Shown here: piece by piece, positions 49,727 through 61,350 of the stretch
Layout: every line of letters starts with the position of its first letter
Numbering within the stretch: the stretch's first letter is position 1
Origin: Mobula hypostoma
Lineage: Eukaryota
Direction of reading: 5' to 3'
Length of the DNA: 64,000 nt
NCBI RefSeq assembly: GCF_963921235.1
Contig: NC_086108.1
Location: 62,186,001 to 62,250,000 of the forward strand
Translations under genes and position numbers: made by a program
Notes under the pieces: generated by a model
The model's input: the letters and a program-made list of their open reading frames with translations, nothing else
The model's database searches: none
What the model was told of the DNA's origin: nothing

Positions 49727-51976
49727 TTATCTAGTTAACATCATTTTTTTCCTCAGCAGTATTGCTATCTGTTGGTGGTTATCTGTGTCTCTGCTTTCTG
49801 CAACTTGAAGAGGGGTCTTCTTTAAGCTATTTGTAGAGTGAAACTTGGGTTTTTCACCATCAGACCAGTGAATTAATTTTCGGGCAGTACCAACGTTGCC
49901 TGATTTGCAAGCACAATGCAGTGGTGTGTCTTTGGCATTGTCTAAGGCATTAATAGAAGCTCCACTGACCAACAATAATTCTACCAATCCCTCGTGGCTA
50001 TGTTCTGCTGCAAGATGTAATGGTGTTTTGCGCCAAATATTCTTAGCATCAATGTTTTTATTTTTCCCAGCCAATAAAAGTGCTTTGACAACAAAGCTAT
50101 GACTTTTGCTGGCTGCATAATGCATTGGCGTATTCCCGTCCATATCCTTTGCAGCAAATCTGGCCCTTCTGCTTAACATCATTGATACAAAGTCCAAATG
50201 ACCTTCGTTAGCAGCCAGATGGAGTGGGGTTTTCTTCTCCTTATTTACTGTATTAGGATCAGCGTGGCTTGACAGAAGCAGCTCTGCGATGGAGGCATCT
50301 CCAACTATAGCTGCCATGTGCAAGGGTGTTCTCATCGAACTGTCTTTAGCATTCACATCAGCCTTGTTCTGAAGAAGACACTCCACTGTTTCTCGGTTAC
50401 CTCTTTGCGAAGCAATGTGCAAGGGTGTAATTGCTTCTTTAGCAATGGCATTGACCTTTGAACCTGCTCTTATTAAAGCTTCTATCATCGGTGGCTGATT
50501 GTGAAAAGATGCAAAGTGCAGAGGTGTTTGATCACTGCAGCCGATAATATTTACATCCATCCCCTCATCAATCAGCAGCTTTGCAACTGAAAGGGACCCA
50601 GTCTCAGCAGCAAGGTGCAGTGCACTGTTCATATTTGGGGTCCTTTCATTTAAATGAGCTCCTTTAGTTATCAGGACCTTGACAGATTCTGTATGCCCAA
50701 GTTCTGCTGCCAACAGCAAAGGGGTATATTGCAGTTCATTTTTGGTGTTGATATCGATGCCCCTTTCAATCAGAACACCCACAGTTCTGTGTTGATTTTT
50801 CTGAACTGCTTTAAAGAGTGCATTGACTAGAACATTAGGGCTAATCCCAGTGGCATACTCCAAGATCAGTTTAATCAGGGATTGGTTATTACTAGTTAAT
50901 GCTCCATCAATCATATCAACATCAACTTTGGCTCCTGCCTCGAGCAGTACCTTCACAGTACTGAGATGTCCCAGGGAGACAGCGTGAATTAGTGGGGTCC
51001 TGTTGTTTTCATCCTTAATGTCTGCAGCAGCTCCACACTTGAGAAGAATTTCTGCAATTTTACTTTCATCTCTGAGAGCAGCCATGTGTAAAAAAGATTT
51101 CTTTCTTTTATAATTTTTAGCTTCTTCTTTCAACATCAGTTTCACAACAGAGAAAAAATTGTTCTGGGAAGCTAAGTGTAGAGGAGTTTTAGATTCTATA
51201 TCCAAAGCATAGCTGTGTGCTGCAGCTTGAAGAAGGACTTTGGCTGCTGCTGTGTGCCCTTTCTCTGCAGCCCGGTGAAGAGGTGATTGCCCCTTGTTAT
51301 CCTTTACCTCTAGCTTTGCTCCTTTATTCAATAAATATTCAATGATCTTAACATGTCCATGGGCAGCTGCAATGTGCAACAGGGTTTCATGACAAGCATT
51401 TATATCATTAATGTCACTGTGTCCAATAGCTTTATCAAGACTGTATAGATCTCCTGATGCTACAATCTGAAAGAGCTGAGCTAGCTCATTGTGTACTGGT
51501 TGAGTTTGAACAGCCGTCTGTAATTTCTGCTGTGGCTCCTTATTAGTTGCCACATTTTGCACTGGCTTACCTACATTTTTTGAAGTATTCTTAGGGATTT
51601 CATCCTTATCTCTCTCCAAAAGATAACCCACAAGCTGTCTCTTGGCATCCCCAAAACTGCTTGACACATTACTGACATAGCTTCTGATGTAATTGTAGAG
51701 AGCTGGTTCAACATGCTTGAGGCAAGGATAGAAGAACAGTCTGCAGGCTCTCTCACCACAAGAAACCAACATGTCTAGGACTCTGGTGTTCATTTCCTCA
51801 CGTGTCCTGTAATTCAACACTGCAATTCTTTTATCTGGTGAAATGACACGATTCTCAATCAACCAGTCTAGAAGATCATCAGTGTGGATAATCCCTGCTG
51901 CTAGTTCTTTTTTCTTGCTCTGTAGAACTTCAATAGCATATGGATTTGTAAAAATACCTGTGCCATGTAGGGGCAT
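49727..51976 (-). CDS. caiap: CARD- and ankyrin-repeat-containing inflammasome adaptor protein (CAIAP), 749 aa, single coding exon
   Basis: Uninterrupted ORF with its first ATG (gcaacaATG) at 51976. N-terminal CARD-like helical domain (NPYAIEVLQSKKKEL...LLDWLIENRVI...VLDMLVSCGERACRLF), a linker, then ~16-17 ankyrin repeats (TLLH/SPLH/TPLH...AA). This is the CAIAP architecture. Confidence 0.9.
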   Translation of the reverse strand: MPLHGTGIFTNPYAIEVLQSKKKELAAGIIHTDDLLDWLIENRVISPDKRIAVLNYRTREEMNTRVLDMLVSCGERACRLFFYPCLKHVEPALYNYIRSYVSNVSSSFGDAKRQLVGYLLERDKDEIPKNTSKNVGKPVQNVATNKEPQQKLQTAVQTQPVHNELAQLFQIVASGDLYSLDKAIGHSDINDINACHETLLHIAAAHGHVKIIEYLLNKGAKLEVKDNKGQSPLHRAAEKGHTAAAKVLLQAAAHSYALDIESKTPLHLASQNNFFSVVKLMLKEEAKNYKRKKSFLHMAALRDESKIAEILLKCGAAADIKDENNRTPLIHAVSLGHLSTVKVLLEAGAKVDVDMIDGALTSNNQSLIKLILEYATGISPNVLVNALFKAVQKNQHRTVGVLIERGIDINTKNELQYTPLLLAAELGHTESVKVLITKGAHLNERTPNMNSALHLAAETGSLSVAKLLIDEGMDVNIIGCSDQTPLHFASFHNQPPMIEALIRAGSKVNAIAKEAITPLHIASQRGNRETVECLLQNKADVNAKDSSMRTPLHMAAIVGDASIAELLLSSHADPNTVNKEKKTPLHLAANEGHLDFVSMMLSRRARFAAKDMDGNTPMHYAASKSHSFVVKALLLAGKNKNIDAKNIWRKTPLHLAAEHSHEGLVELLLVSGASINALDNAKDTPLHCACKSGNVGTARKLIHWSDGEKPKFHSTNSLKKTPLQVAESRDTDNHQQIAILLRKKMMLTR

Positions 51977-52959
51977 TGTTGCAGATTGACATGAATCCAA
52001 ATTAATCAATGAATTGAACAGGATCAGAAGAGTTTGTCTTTCTAGCAATTGTCAAATCTTAAAGCAATGAAGCTCAACACATTTTGTAAACAGTGTAGTC
52101 CATGGCTAAATGCCTGGCTTATCAAGCAGTTAAAATAGTGTCCTCAGAGCCTCATGCGCACAGTAAGTCCACTAATTGCATAAGATGAGTTCTTGAATGA
52201 GTCCTTAGTTGTTCCATAGTGCCATGGCAACCAGGTTAATAACTTTGTCCCAAAACAACAATAATATTTAAAATGTTGGAAAACAGGTTATTTGATCTTC
52301 AGAAGAAATTCTTGAGGAAGTCCTTGATATCTTGAGGATAAAACTGTCAAAGAAAGTCAGTTTGCTTTTCTGTGACCCAAGCAGTTGTGTTTGCCATCCA
52401 GTAATTGTTCTGTTAGTGGGCTGTTAGAAGTGACGTGAAAATCTGCAACCTAGCTACTGTTGCCTGGAGTCCATTAGTTCTTTGTGTTGAGAACCTAATG
52501 CGAAACAACAATATACAACCAATGATAAGAGGGAAATCCTTCAAACTGCTTGCAGAGAATTCACCCAAAACGTTTTGAGTTAAATCCACAGTTGTACAGT
52601 TGGCTTGCTTTGGGATCAACTGTTGGTTCATTTTATTCACTGATAAAAATGGTCTACAATGGTATATCCTTTTTGCAAGCTCTCCAAATTTGTTTGTACT
52701 GAGTATGTAAGTTAACTGCCTATTTAAGCAGCCTACACATTAGCAACTTTGAATTGTATAATTTTGAACAATATAATACAATGTTTCTAAAGTAGGAAGT
52801 TATATATTGAACCAATAGCTGAAGATCTTCTTTCGTGTGAAGCTTGAGGTCATTAATTATAACATTGAGAAAACTGACCATGGATGAAAGCTGATTGAAA
52901 ACTCAAAATCTGGGGAAGTTAGCAGGCCAGGTTACAAATATGACGTTTACAGGAGCATT

Positions 52960-53372
52960 GTATACAAAAAAACCCGAAGCAATGTTGAGGATCCCTACCA
53001 CCTATCTCACAATCTCTTTGACCCACGACCATCAGGAAGAAGGTACATGAGCATCAGGACTAGGACTGCCAGACGCTGGGTAACAGCTTCTTCCCTCTGG
53101 CTGCGAGACTAATGAAATTCTTGCCACCACTATGGTTTCATCACTGGGATAGAGAGCTGTTTACTGTTTAATGTATTGTTTACTGTTTACCATGCTGTGC
53201 ACTACATGCACTTTGAATTATATATTATTAACTTATTTGTGGTAATATTTTGTTTAATGTGCTGTGTGATTTTTTTTGTGAGTGCACTGTGGTCCGTAGG
53301 AACATTGTACAGTACATAGTACATACAACCAAACAAAACAATCAGATGACAATAAACTCGAACTTGAACTTG
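52960..53372 (+). mobile_element. Rex1/Babar-like LINE 3' end
   Basis: EDPYHLSHNLFDPRPSGRRY motif, AATAAA, and a (GAACTT)n tail. Confidence 0.7.
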
Positions 53373-54845
53373 CAAAGATCAGCTGAAAGGTTCAACATGC
53401 AGTCATGTCACACAGCCTGGGGAACTTCCAAGATTACGTCTCCTGAGTCATGAAAAGTGGTGGTTGGGAAGGAGCATTTGAACCTAATCAATGGTCTAGA
53501 AAACCTATGGGATTGTGTTGAATATTGTTCAGAAAAAACAAATAGGAAGTAGAGATGTAACCACTGTTTTGAAATCAGCATCCTGATTAGGTTGAAATTG
53601 GTTCTGTGAAATATCAACTGGTTCAGCATTAAGATTGTCGTAACTGGACTGTGTGGTTTTGGAAGGTGAGGGTAATGGAAAGCCCGCTAGCTTGCTGGTT
53701 ATACAGTGATATGCAATGCTAGGGCTGAAGTACACACATGTAGATGTCATGTGATTCAGGCTTGGTTCCTTGCTCGGTCTCATCACCTATGAGTGATGAC
53801 CCAGTGAATGCTGGCGATCTAGTATTTTAAGTGCACAGTCGTCAGGAGGCAGATCTATCGGAAACATGACAAGGAAGTTTAGTTAGGTTTGGGTCAGGGA
53901 GTAGGTGTTTTGGATATCGTTGAGACAGGAAATATAAAAAATATGATTAAAGATTTAGTATAAATATGAATAATGTTTCTTTTGAAAATCTGGGCAGAAG
54001 TAACTCCTGCAAAATTTCAAATGTTCTTTCCATTACTACCAGAGCGATCCTTATTCTGGTACCATAGAAAGCAAATAAGGTACAAGTCCCAAAACAACTC
54101 ACATGAAAGAGGCATTTTTTATTGAGTAGACGGATTTCACTCTATGCACGCATGGTGCAGATCAGGCTTGGGGTGGGTGGGTGTTTGGTGGGAGTGAAGG
54201 AAGGAGCACCAGCTGCAAGGATGAAATTGTCAATTAAAGATGCGAACAGTCTACGATTTCTTTAAAAATATATTTAGCAAACATTAGATGAAACTTTTGC
54301 AGAATGGGCAAAGGCTTTAAACTAAAAACACAACTTCCATAAAACAGACAATTGCATTTGTACATTGTAGTCGGAAACAAGTTATTTTAATCTTGAGAAA
54401 TTCTACAAATGGTGGTAATCCAGAGCAACATACACAAAATGTTGAGGATTTCAGCAGGTCAGACAGCATCTATGGAAATGAATATACAGTTGATATTCTG
54501 GTCCAAGACCCTTCTTCAGGACTGTTATTTTAATATTTGTTAAAAGTTATTTTAATATTTGGGAACTGCAGTGGGATGCCACACTGCCATTATATCTTTT
54601 GCAGGCATAAGATCTTTTCATTTCTTTTAGAGTATGGGGGGCAAAGAGGCAAAGAAATAAGGTCAATGGTATAGTTCATGACGGTGCAAAGCAGATTTCT
54701 TTTCAGAATGATGCTAGCATGAGTTTGGATTTGGCCAAGATGAATTAAATGATAGCACTTTCAATTCTCCAGTCAAAATCTTTGATCAATGGCAAATCCA
54801 CATATTGGTGAATACACTCACATTTCCATTGTGTGAACCTAATCA

Positions 54846-57291
54846 GGTCAGGCCTGCACAGGCAGGCACCTCCCAGACCCCACCCAGCTAACAGGGGTCA
54901 CTGGCAGTCATTTCCAAATTATTACCTGCGGCCTATTTAAACCCAGCTCTCATCCACAATCCTTGTTCACTCATCGAACCAGCCGGCCTCTACCTGTTGC
55001 TCCTAGCCTTCAGTTAACTTGTTGCCTTGTCAAGTTAGGTTTCTGTTGTATCTTGTTTTGTGGCCCCTCATGGCTTGTTATTTTGCAGTTTATTATCAAC
55101 GTTATCGCTCATCACTAAATCGTCTCCGCTGCTGTACACTTTGTGTCAAGATGAGTGAACCAGCGATTGACCCAGCAGAGTTTGCTTGCCCAAAGGAAGT
55201 CAATCATTGACACGAGTACACGATCCAGACGCAGCAGGAAACCACTGACCATCTACTCGTCACTCTCAACCAAATCTCCATCTCGATACAGCAGCCCTGC
55301 ACCAGTCAACCTCCTCCCTCTGAGCTCCGGATTCCATTGCCTAAACGCTTCAACAGATCCCTAACCGGATGCCACAGCTTCCTGCCCCAGTGTGTCTTAC
55401 GCTTTGACCTCCAGCTGTCTCTGTATATTATGGACTGAGCCATGCTGCCTTCGTCATTTCTCTTTGGACTGGGAAAGCTCTGACCTGGGCCACTGCTGCT
55501 GGGAAAATAAAACCTCTATTTGCAACCACTATGAAGATTTTACCACTGAAATGCACCTTGTTTTCAACCATCTGGGAAGAGGAAGGACGGCAGTGTAGTT
55601 CAGATACTTCACCTGTGTCAAGGCTCTGACTCAGTTCATGGAATTGAAGACCCTTGAAGCAAAATGCAGTGGGAATGCAGAAGCACTGCTGGCCCATAAT
55701 TGTCTGGGACCTTAAGAACCAGATCTGCCAGGCCCTACATAATGAGCTGGCTGACATACCTGACAATTGCTGGCAACGGAGTGCTCTGAGGCACTCCAGT
55801 GGGCCCACTGTTCACCACTGTCATGCCTTCCAGGTGCATGATGGATTCTGGACTTTCTGCAACAGCAGCTTTGGTGACCCACCATGACCATAGATGTACA
55901 TTACTTCATCAATGCCTGCCCTCAACATGCACAGACTAATAAAAACAAACAGCAGCCTTCTGAGCTCCTGTGGTCCCTAGATGCGCATGGTCCCACATTG
56001 CCATGGATTTCGTCAGGTGTTTGCCACCTTCCAATGGGGCCATGATGACCATGCCAGCAGTGGACCAGTTCTCCAAGGTAGCTCACTTCATTTCCCTCCC
56101 CATACTTCCATCAGCCACTGAAACAGCAGAGCTGTTTCTCCAACATGGAGTTCACCTCCGCGGCTTGTCTCCCAGGACATTGTGTTGGATAGTAGCCCAC
56201 AATTCATCTCCTGCTTCTGGTGTGCCTGCTGTCCCTACTCAGTGAGTTTGTCCTCTGGCTATCATCCACAGGTCAGTCAGAAACAGCCAATCAGAAGTTT
56301 CTGTGATGCTTCACTGTCTCTATCACGTTAATATGGAAGAGGTATCTGCTCTGGGCTGAGCTGTCCCACAATCTACACACTACCTCTGCCATGGGTATGT
56401 CACCCTTTGAAGTGCTTCATGGCTACCAAACCCCTTTTCTCCCCATGGAGGAGCCAATGGTGGTGATCCTGTCTACCAGGGCCCTGATCGCTACTGCCTG
56501 AATGCTTGGAAGAGGGCAAGGAAGGTCATCCTAGCTGCCAACCAGGCTAACTATCAACAGTGCCTAGCCAAACTACTCAGCCTGGGGACCATGTCTGGCT
56601 CTCCACTCGAGATCTGCCCCTATGCATCAACTCTCGCAAGCTCTCACCCTAGTTCATTGTCCCCTTCAAGATTACCCTTCACACTAATCCAATCATTTAT
56701 CATTGTAGTTGCCACCATCCTCAGAATCACACCTATCTTCCATGGGTCCTGCCTCAAACCTGTTGTCCATGGACCACTCAACCCACCTGAGTCTGCACCT
56801 TCAGAACCTAGGATTGTGTACATGGTTCACCAGTTGATAGAATCATGGTTGATTGGAAAGGGTACGGCCCAGAGGATAGGTGTTGGGTGTCACACAGTTT
56901 CATCTTGGATCCATCGCTCATTGAGGATTTCCACTGGATCCATCCAGATCATCTTGAGCTATCGGGTGCTGGATGTAGGGTTGCATGGGGGGGTCCTATC
57001 AGGCCTGCACAGACAGGCACCTCCCAGATCCACCCAGCTAACAGGAGTCATTTGCCACTCATTTCCAACCCATCACCTGCAACTTATTTAAACCCAACTT
57101 CCATCCTCAATCTTTGTTCACTCATATGAACTAGCCATCCTCAACTAGTTGCTCCTAGTCTATAGTAACCTTGTTGTCTTGTCATATTAAGTGCTGGTTT
57201 TCTCTTATTTTGTGACTCCTCATGGCTTGTCATTTTGTAGTTTATTATTAAAGTTACACTCACCACTAAATGGTCTCTGCTGCTCTGTGTC
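54846..57291 (+). mobile_element. Degenerate chromoviral Ty3/Gypsy LTR retrotransposon (gag remnant, integrase, chromodomain; no RT/RNaseH seen)
   Basis: Direct LTRs at ~54846-55148 and ~56997-57291. PPT GGGGGGG precedes the 3' LTR. Integrase [28 protein letters not shown]; chromodomain [14 protein letters not shown]...[11 protein letters not shown]. Confidence 0.9.
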
Positions 57292-58635
57292 AGAGAGTGT
57301 AAAACTTGGAAATATTATAGAGGGTAAATTCAGGACGAGGGAGATTAAATTTCTTGATAGAGACAGGTATTGTAACTGGAAGAGAAAAGGTCAAGAGAAA
57401 GATTAAAAGCACATATACAAACCACCCTAATCCTATAATAGAAAGATGTTAGACTAGTACATCTGTTGACTGATTGGTCCTGTTCTATCCAAGTTAACTA
57501 AGGTTGATATTCTGATATGAGGATAAACTATCTCAGGCTAACATTGCCTGACATTTAACCGGACTGAATACTGGACAAAGTTGATTTGGTGTCTTTTAGA
57601 GTAATTGTAATGATAGTTTATAAAATTAAACATTGAGTGAAAAAAAACATGGTTACTCATCTAATTTTTGTTTTAGTTCTCTAGCGATCTCTATCAGACT
57701 AATTGTGAAAACTATGAAAGGACTTGGCTTGAAAAGGGCAAATCTCTCTCATAATGTTAGTAATGAGTTTGGCTAACCACTAGAGGTCAGTAGTGTTTCA
57801 AGGATAGACCGTGAAGCCTGACCAATTATAATTGATGATGGGTTGAGATATAATTAGACATTGACAGATGGCATAGTTATAATACAACACAAAGTGACCC
57901 TATAAATGTCTACAACTTCAACGCCCAAGCAATTACCTTCTTTCTGTCAAAATGTAATTTCTAATTCAGACCATGTGATGAGAAAGAAACCAAATCATGG
58001 ATACCAAATTTAATATAAATATTCTGAAAAGCAATGATTGTATATATAAGAATTTAAAGAATGAAATATAATTTAGTAAATGCACCATATTGGAAAGAAT
58101 TATTTTTAACTCCTTGAGAGGACAATGCAAGGGGCAACATCTGTTCAAATTCTGATCGATTCTCCATCAGAATAACTTGATTAAAGGTGACGTTCAATTG
58201 TTTGAGTAAAATATGCTGTTGCAAGAAAGGTTCACGAGTCTTATACCATGGTGTCACAGAATAGCACTGAAGGAAGTGGAAACCTAAAAACTCAGATCAT
58301 CAAAAGACTGAAAATGCCGCACAAAAATAAAGATTTATTTTTCTGCTTGGATGAAGATGGAGGCATAGAACATAAAAACACTATCTTCAGAAGTACTCCC
58401 CTCAAACTTTCTTCCTTAATCATTTAAACGCTTTACTGAGGTTACTTATCTTATTTCCTTTTCGTGAGTGCTGAATTATTCACACCTTGATCTGGCAGCA
58501 TGTTTTGCCAGCAAGTTGTTTTCTTCAGGAGTACCAGTTGCTAAAATGGGGAACATACTGTAAATGAAACTCTTTGGTTTAGCACAGTTTATTGGATTAT
58601 AACATGGTATTAAAGGGGTCATCAACCCTCCATTA

Positions 58636-58850
58636 TGCCGGCCAGTGGTGTAGTGGCATCCACACCGTACTTCAAGGCGAGAGGTCTCAGGTTCAAATCC
58701 GGCCAGCTCCTTGTATGCTTATCATCCATGCAAGGTTGAGTGTCAAGCTGGCAACTTGGCCTCATAAAAAAGAATTAGACAAATGCTAAAGAAGTGGCAA
58801 GGTTGCTGCCCATTGCACCACAAGGTGGGGAGAGGAACAACAAAACAACA
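58636..58850 (+). mobile_element. tRNA-derived SINE (same family as 23630)
   Basis: GTGGTGTAGTGGCATCC...GGTTCAAATCCGGCC...GCAAGGTTGC..(AAC)n. Confidence 0.75.
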
Positions 58851-58899
58851 GCCCCCTGTTACTACAGCCTACAGACTGGGAATGTGCCTTCCCTATGGC

Positions 58900-60190
58900 G
58901 GGTCCAGAAGGTTAAGGCACAAGAGATGTTGACAAACTGGATCCAAAGCTGGCTAGTAATAAGAGGCAGAGTGTTGTGGTGGATAAGTGCTTTTACTGAC
59001 TGGAAATCTGTAACAAGTGGCAAACTGTAGGGACTAGTTTGTAGTAAATGCAGTTGGTATAATTAGTAAGTTTGTAGATGACACTAAAAATTGATGGAGT
59101 CATAGATAGTGATGAAAGCATCTATAGATTCATAGAACAGTAGTAATAGCAGTGTAGTCACTCAAATTGAGTATGATGTTCTCCCATGGGGTTATTCACT
59201 TCATGGAGAATGCCTGTGCATGACTTTGTTTAACATGGGGATTTTGATGCACGAGCAGCTACCACATAGTCCTTGACAGATCAGGGTCCGGGTCCAGTGG
59301 CAGGGCATGCAAGACATCTGGGGAGCCTTCACTGCTGCAGCCTTCCTCCACCTTCGTCTACATTGTGATGTGTCATCATCTTCCACCAGCTCCACTACTG
59401 AGGTCTTGATTGTATCGCTCATTGTCAGGAGCCTTCCCCTTGACTTTACCACCATGGGTGACCCTGCCAGGAGCTAGGCTCCAGAGGGCATCAATTTCAG
59501 GACCTCAGGACTCACAAGCCTTTCCTCAACCACAAGATGACAATCTTTAGAGAAGATACAGCAGATACAAAAGATAGAACAGTACAATAGGATAGATCAG
59601 GTGGAAAGTTGGGCAGAGCAGTGGCAGATGGAATTTAATCAGGTAATGCTCCTTGGGAAGTCAAATTCTGGTAAGATATTTAAAGTTAATGGCCTTGACA
59701 TAGAGCAGGAACCTGAGGAGCAATGATATGCAAAGTCCTGAGGAGCAAGTCTGAAGCTCAGTAAACGTGGCAACATAAGTGGATAGGGTAATGAAGGTAA
59801 TATTTTGTATGCTTGGCTTAGAAGCTGAGCCATTGAATATAAGAGTTGAGATATCACATTGCAGCTGTATAAAACACTGGTTTGACCACATTTGGAGTGT
59901 TGTGTATAATTCTAATCACCATACTACAGGAAGGATGTGGTTGCAATAGAGAAATTAAAGAAGGGACTCACTAGGACGTTGCCTGAAATGAATACAAAGC
60001 ATGATGGGTATCAGGAATAAGCTGTCAGGGCAGGCGAGAGCAGCAGATACAATTACAGTGTTTAAAAGGAAAGGCATAGAAGGAAATATGCCTATTAGAG
60101 ACAAATAGAATTCATGTTGAGAGACATTAATGGTTGGCAAAGGTAACATGCCCAAAAGTACACATTCTGTACTGCATGATTCTGTGATCA
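58900..60190 (+). mobile_element. Degenerate CR1 LINE fragments with a nested repeat at ~59140-59550
   Basis: WIQSWL..R, DWKSVTSG, KFVDDTK, and QLYKTLV.PHLECCV remnants. Confidence 0.65.
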
Positions 60191-60239
60191 AGGGAGAAAA
60201 CAGGCAGTGTATGACTTTGTTATCATTGGTTACACAAAT

Positions 60240-61350
60240 TATCAAGTCAAGTCAAGTCGCTTTTTCTTGTCATTTCGACCATAAACTGCTGGTACAGTAC
60301 ACAGTAAAAATGAATTAATGTTCCTCCAGGACCATGGTGCTACATGAAACAACACAAAACTACGCTAGACTAAGTAAGACAACACAAGGCTACACTAGAC
60401 TACGTAAGACAATCCAGAAACTACACTAGACTACAGACCTACACAGGACTACACAAAGCACACAAAACAGTGCAGGACAGTACAATAAATAATAAACAAG
60501 ACAATAGGCACAGTAGAGGACAAATTACAATATAATAATAAATAATGTAGATGTCAGTCTAGACTCTGGGTATTAAGGAGTCTGATGGCTTGGGGGAAGA
60601 AACTGTTACATAGTCTGGTCGTGAGAGCCCGAATGCTTCGGTGCCTTTTTCCAGATGGCAGGAGGGAGAAGAGTTTGTATGAGGGGTGCGTGGGGTCCTT
60701 CACAATGCTGTTGGCTTTATGGGTGCAACATGTAGTGTAAATGTATGTAATGGCGGGAAGAGAGACCCCGATGATCTTCTCAGCTGACTTCACTATCCGC
60801 TGCAGGGTCTTGCGATCCAAGATCCCAAACAAGGCAGTGATGCAGCTGCTCAGGATACTCTCGATACATCCTCTGTAGAATGTGGTGAGGTTGGGGGGTT
60901 GGGAGATGGACTTTTCTCAGCCTTCGCAGAAAGTAGAGACGCTGCTGTTTTCTTGGCTATGGAGCTGGAGTTGAGGGACCAGGTGAGATTCTCCACTAGG
61001 TGAACACCAAGAAATCTGGTGCTCTTAATGATCTCTACGGAGGAGCCGTCGATGTTCAGCAGAGAGCAGTTGCTCCATGCTCTCCTGAAGCCAACAATCA
61101 TCTCTTTTGTTTTGTTCACATTCAGAGACAGGTTGTTGGCTCTGCACCATTCCAAGTTAGTCACTGCACTTCCTCTCTATGTGCTGACTCGTCGTTCTTG
61201 CTGATGAGTCCCACCACGGTCGTATCATCGGCAAACTTGATGATGTGATTCGAGCTGTGTATTGCTGCACAGTTGTGGGTCAGCAGAGTGAACAGCAGTG
61301 GACTGAGCACACAGCCCTGGGGGGCCCCCGTGCTCAGTGTGACAGTGCCA
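60240..61350 (-). mobile_element. Rex1/Babar-type LINE 3' part
   Basis: STGAPQGCVLSPLLFTL..KFADDTTVVGLI, WCRANNLSLNVNKTKEMI, KDPTHPSYKLFSLLPSGKR..NSFFPQAIRLLN, and a (TTGAC)n tail. Confidence 0.9.

Noticed and set aside
51977-52048. 24-aa N-terminal extension of the 773-aa ORF (MLERQTLL...)
   Set aside because: It starts at TTG, not ATG. The first ATG, in a good Kozak context, is at 51976 just before the CARD.
55150-56990. Domesticated RTL/PEG10-like gene
   Set aside because: It has many frameshifts and stops, and both LTRs are still present, so it is a decayed retrotransposon.
60340-60545. ACTAC/ACTAGAC short-period repeats
   Set aside because: This is the low-complexity 3'UTR of the Rex1-type LINE.
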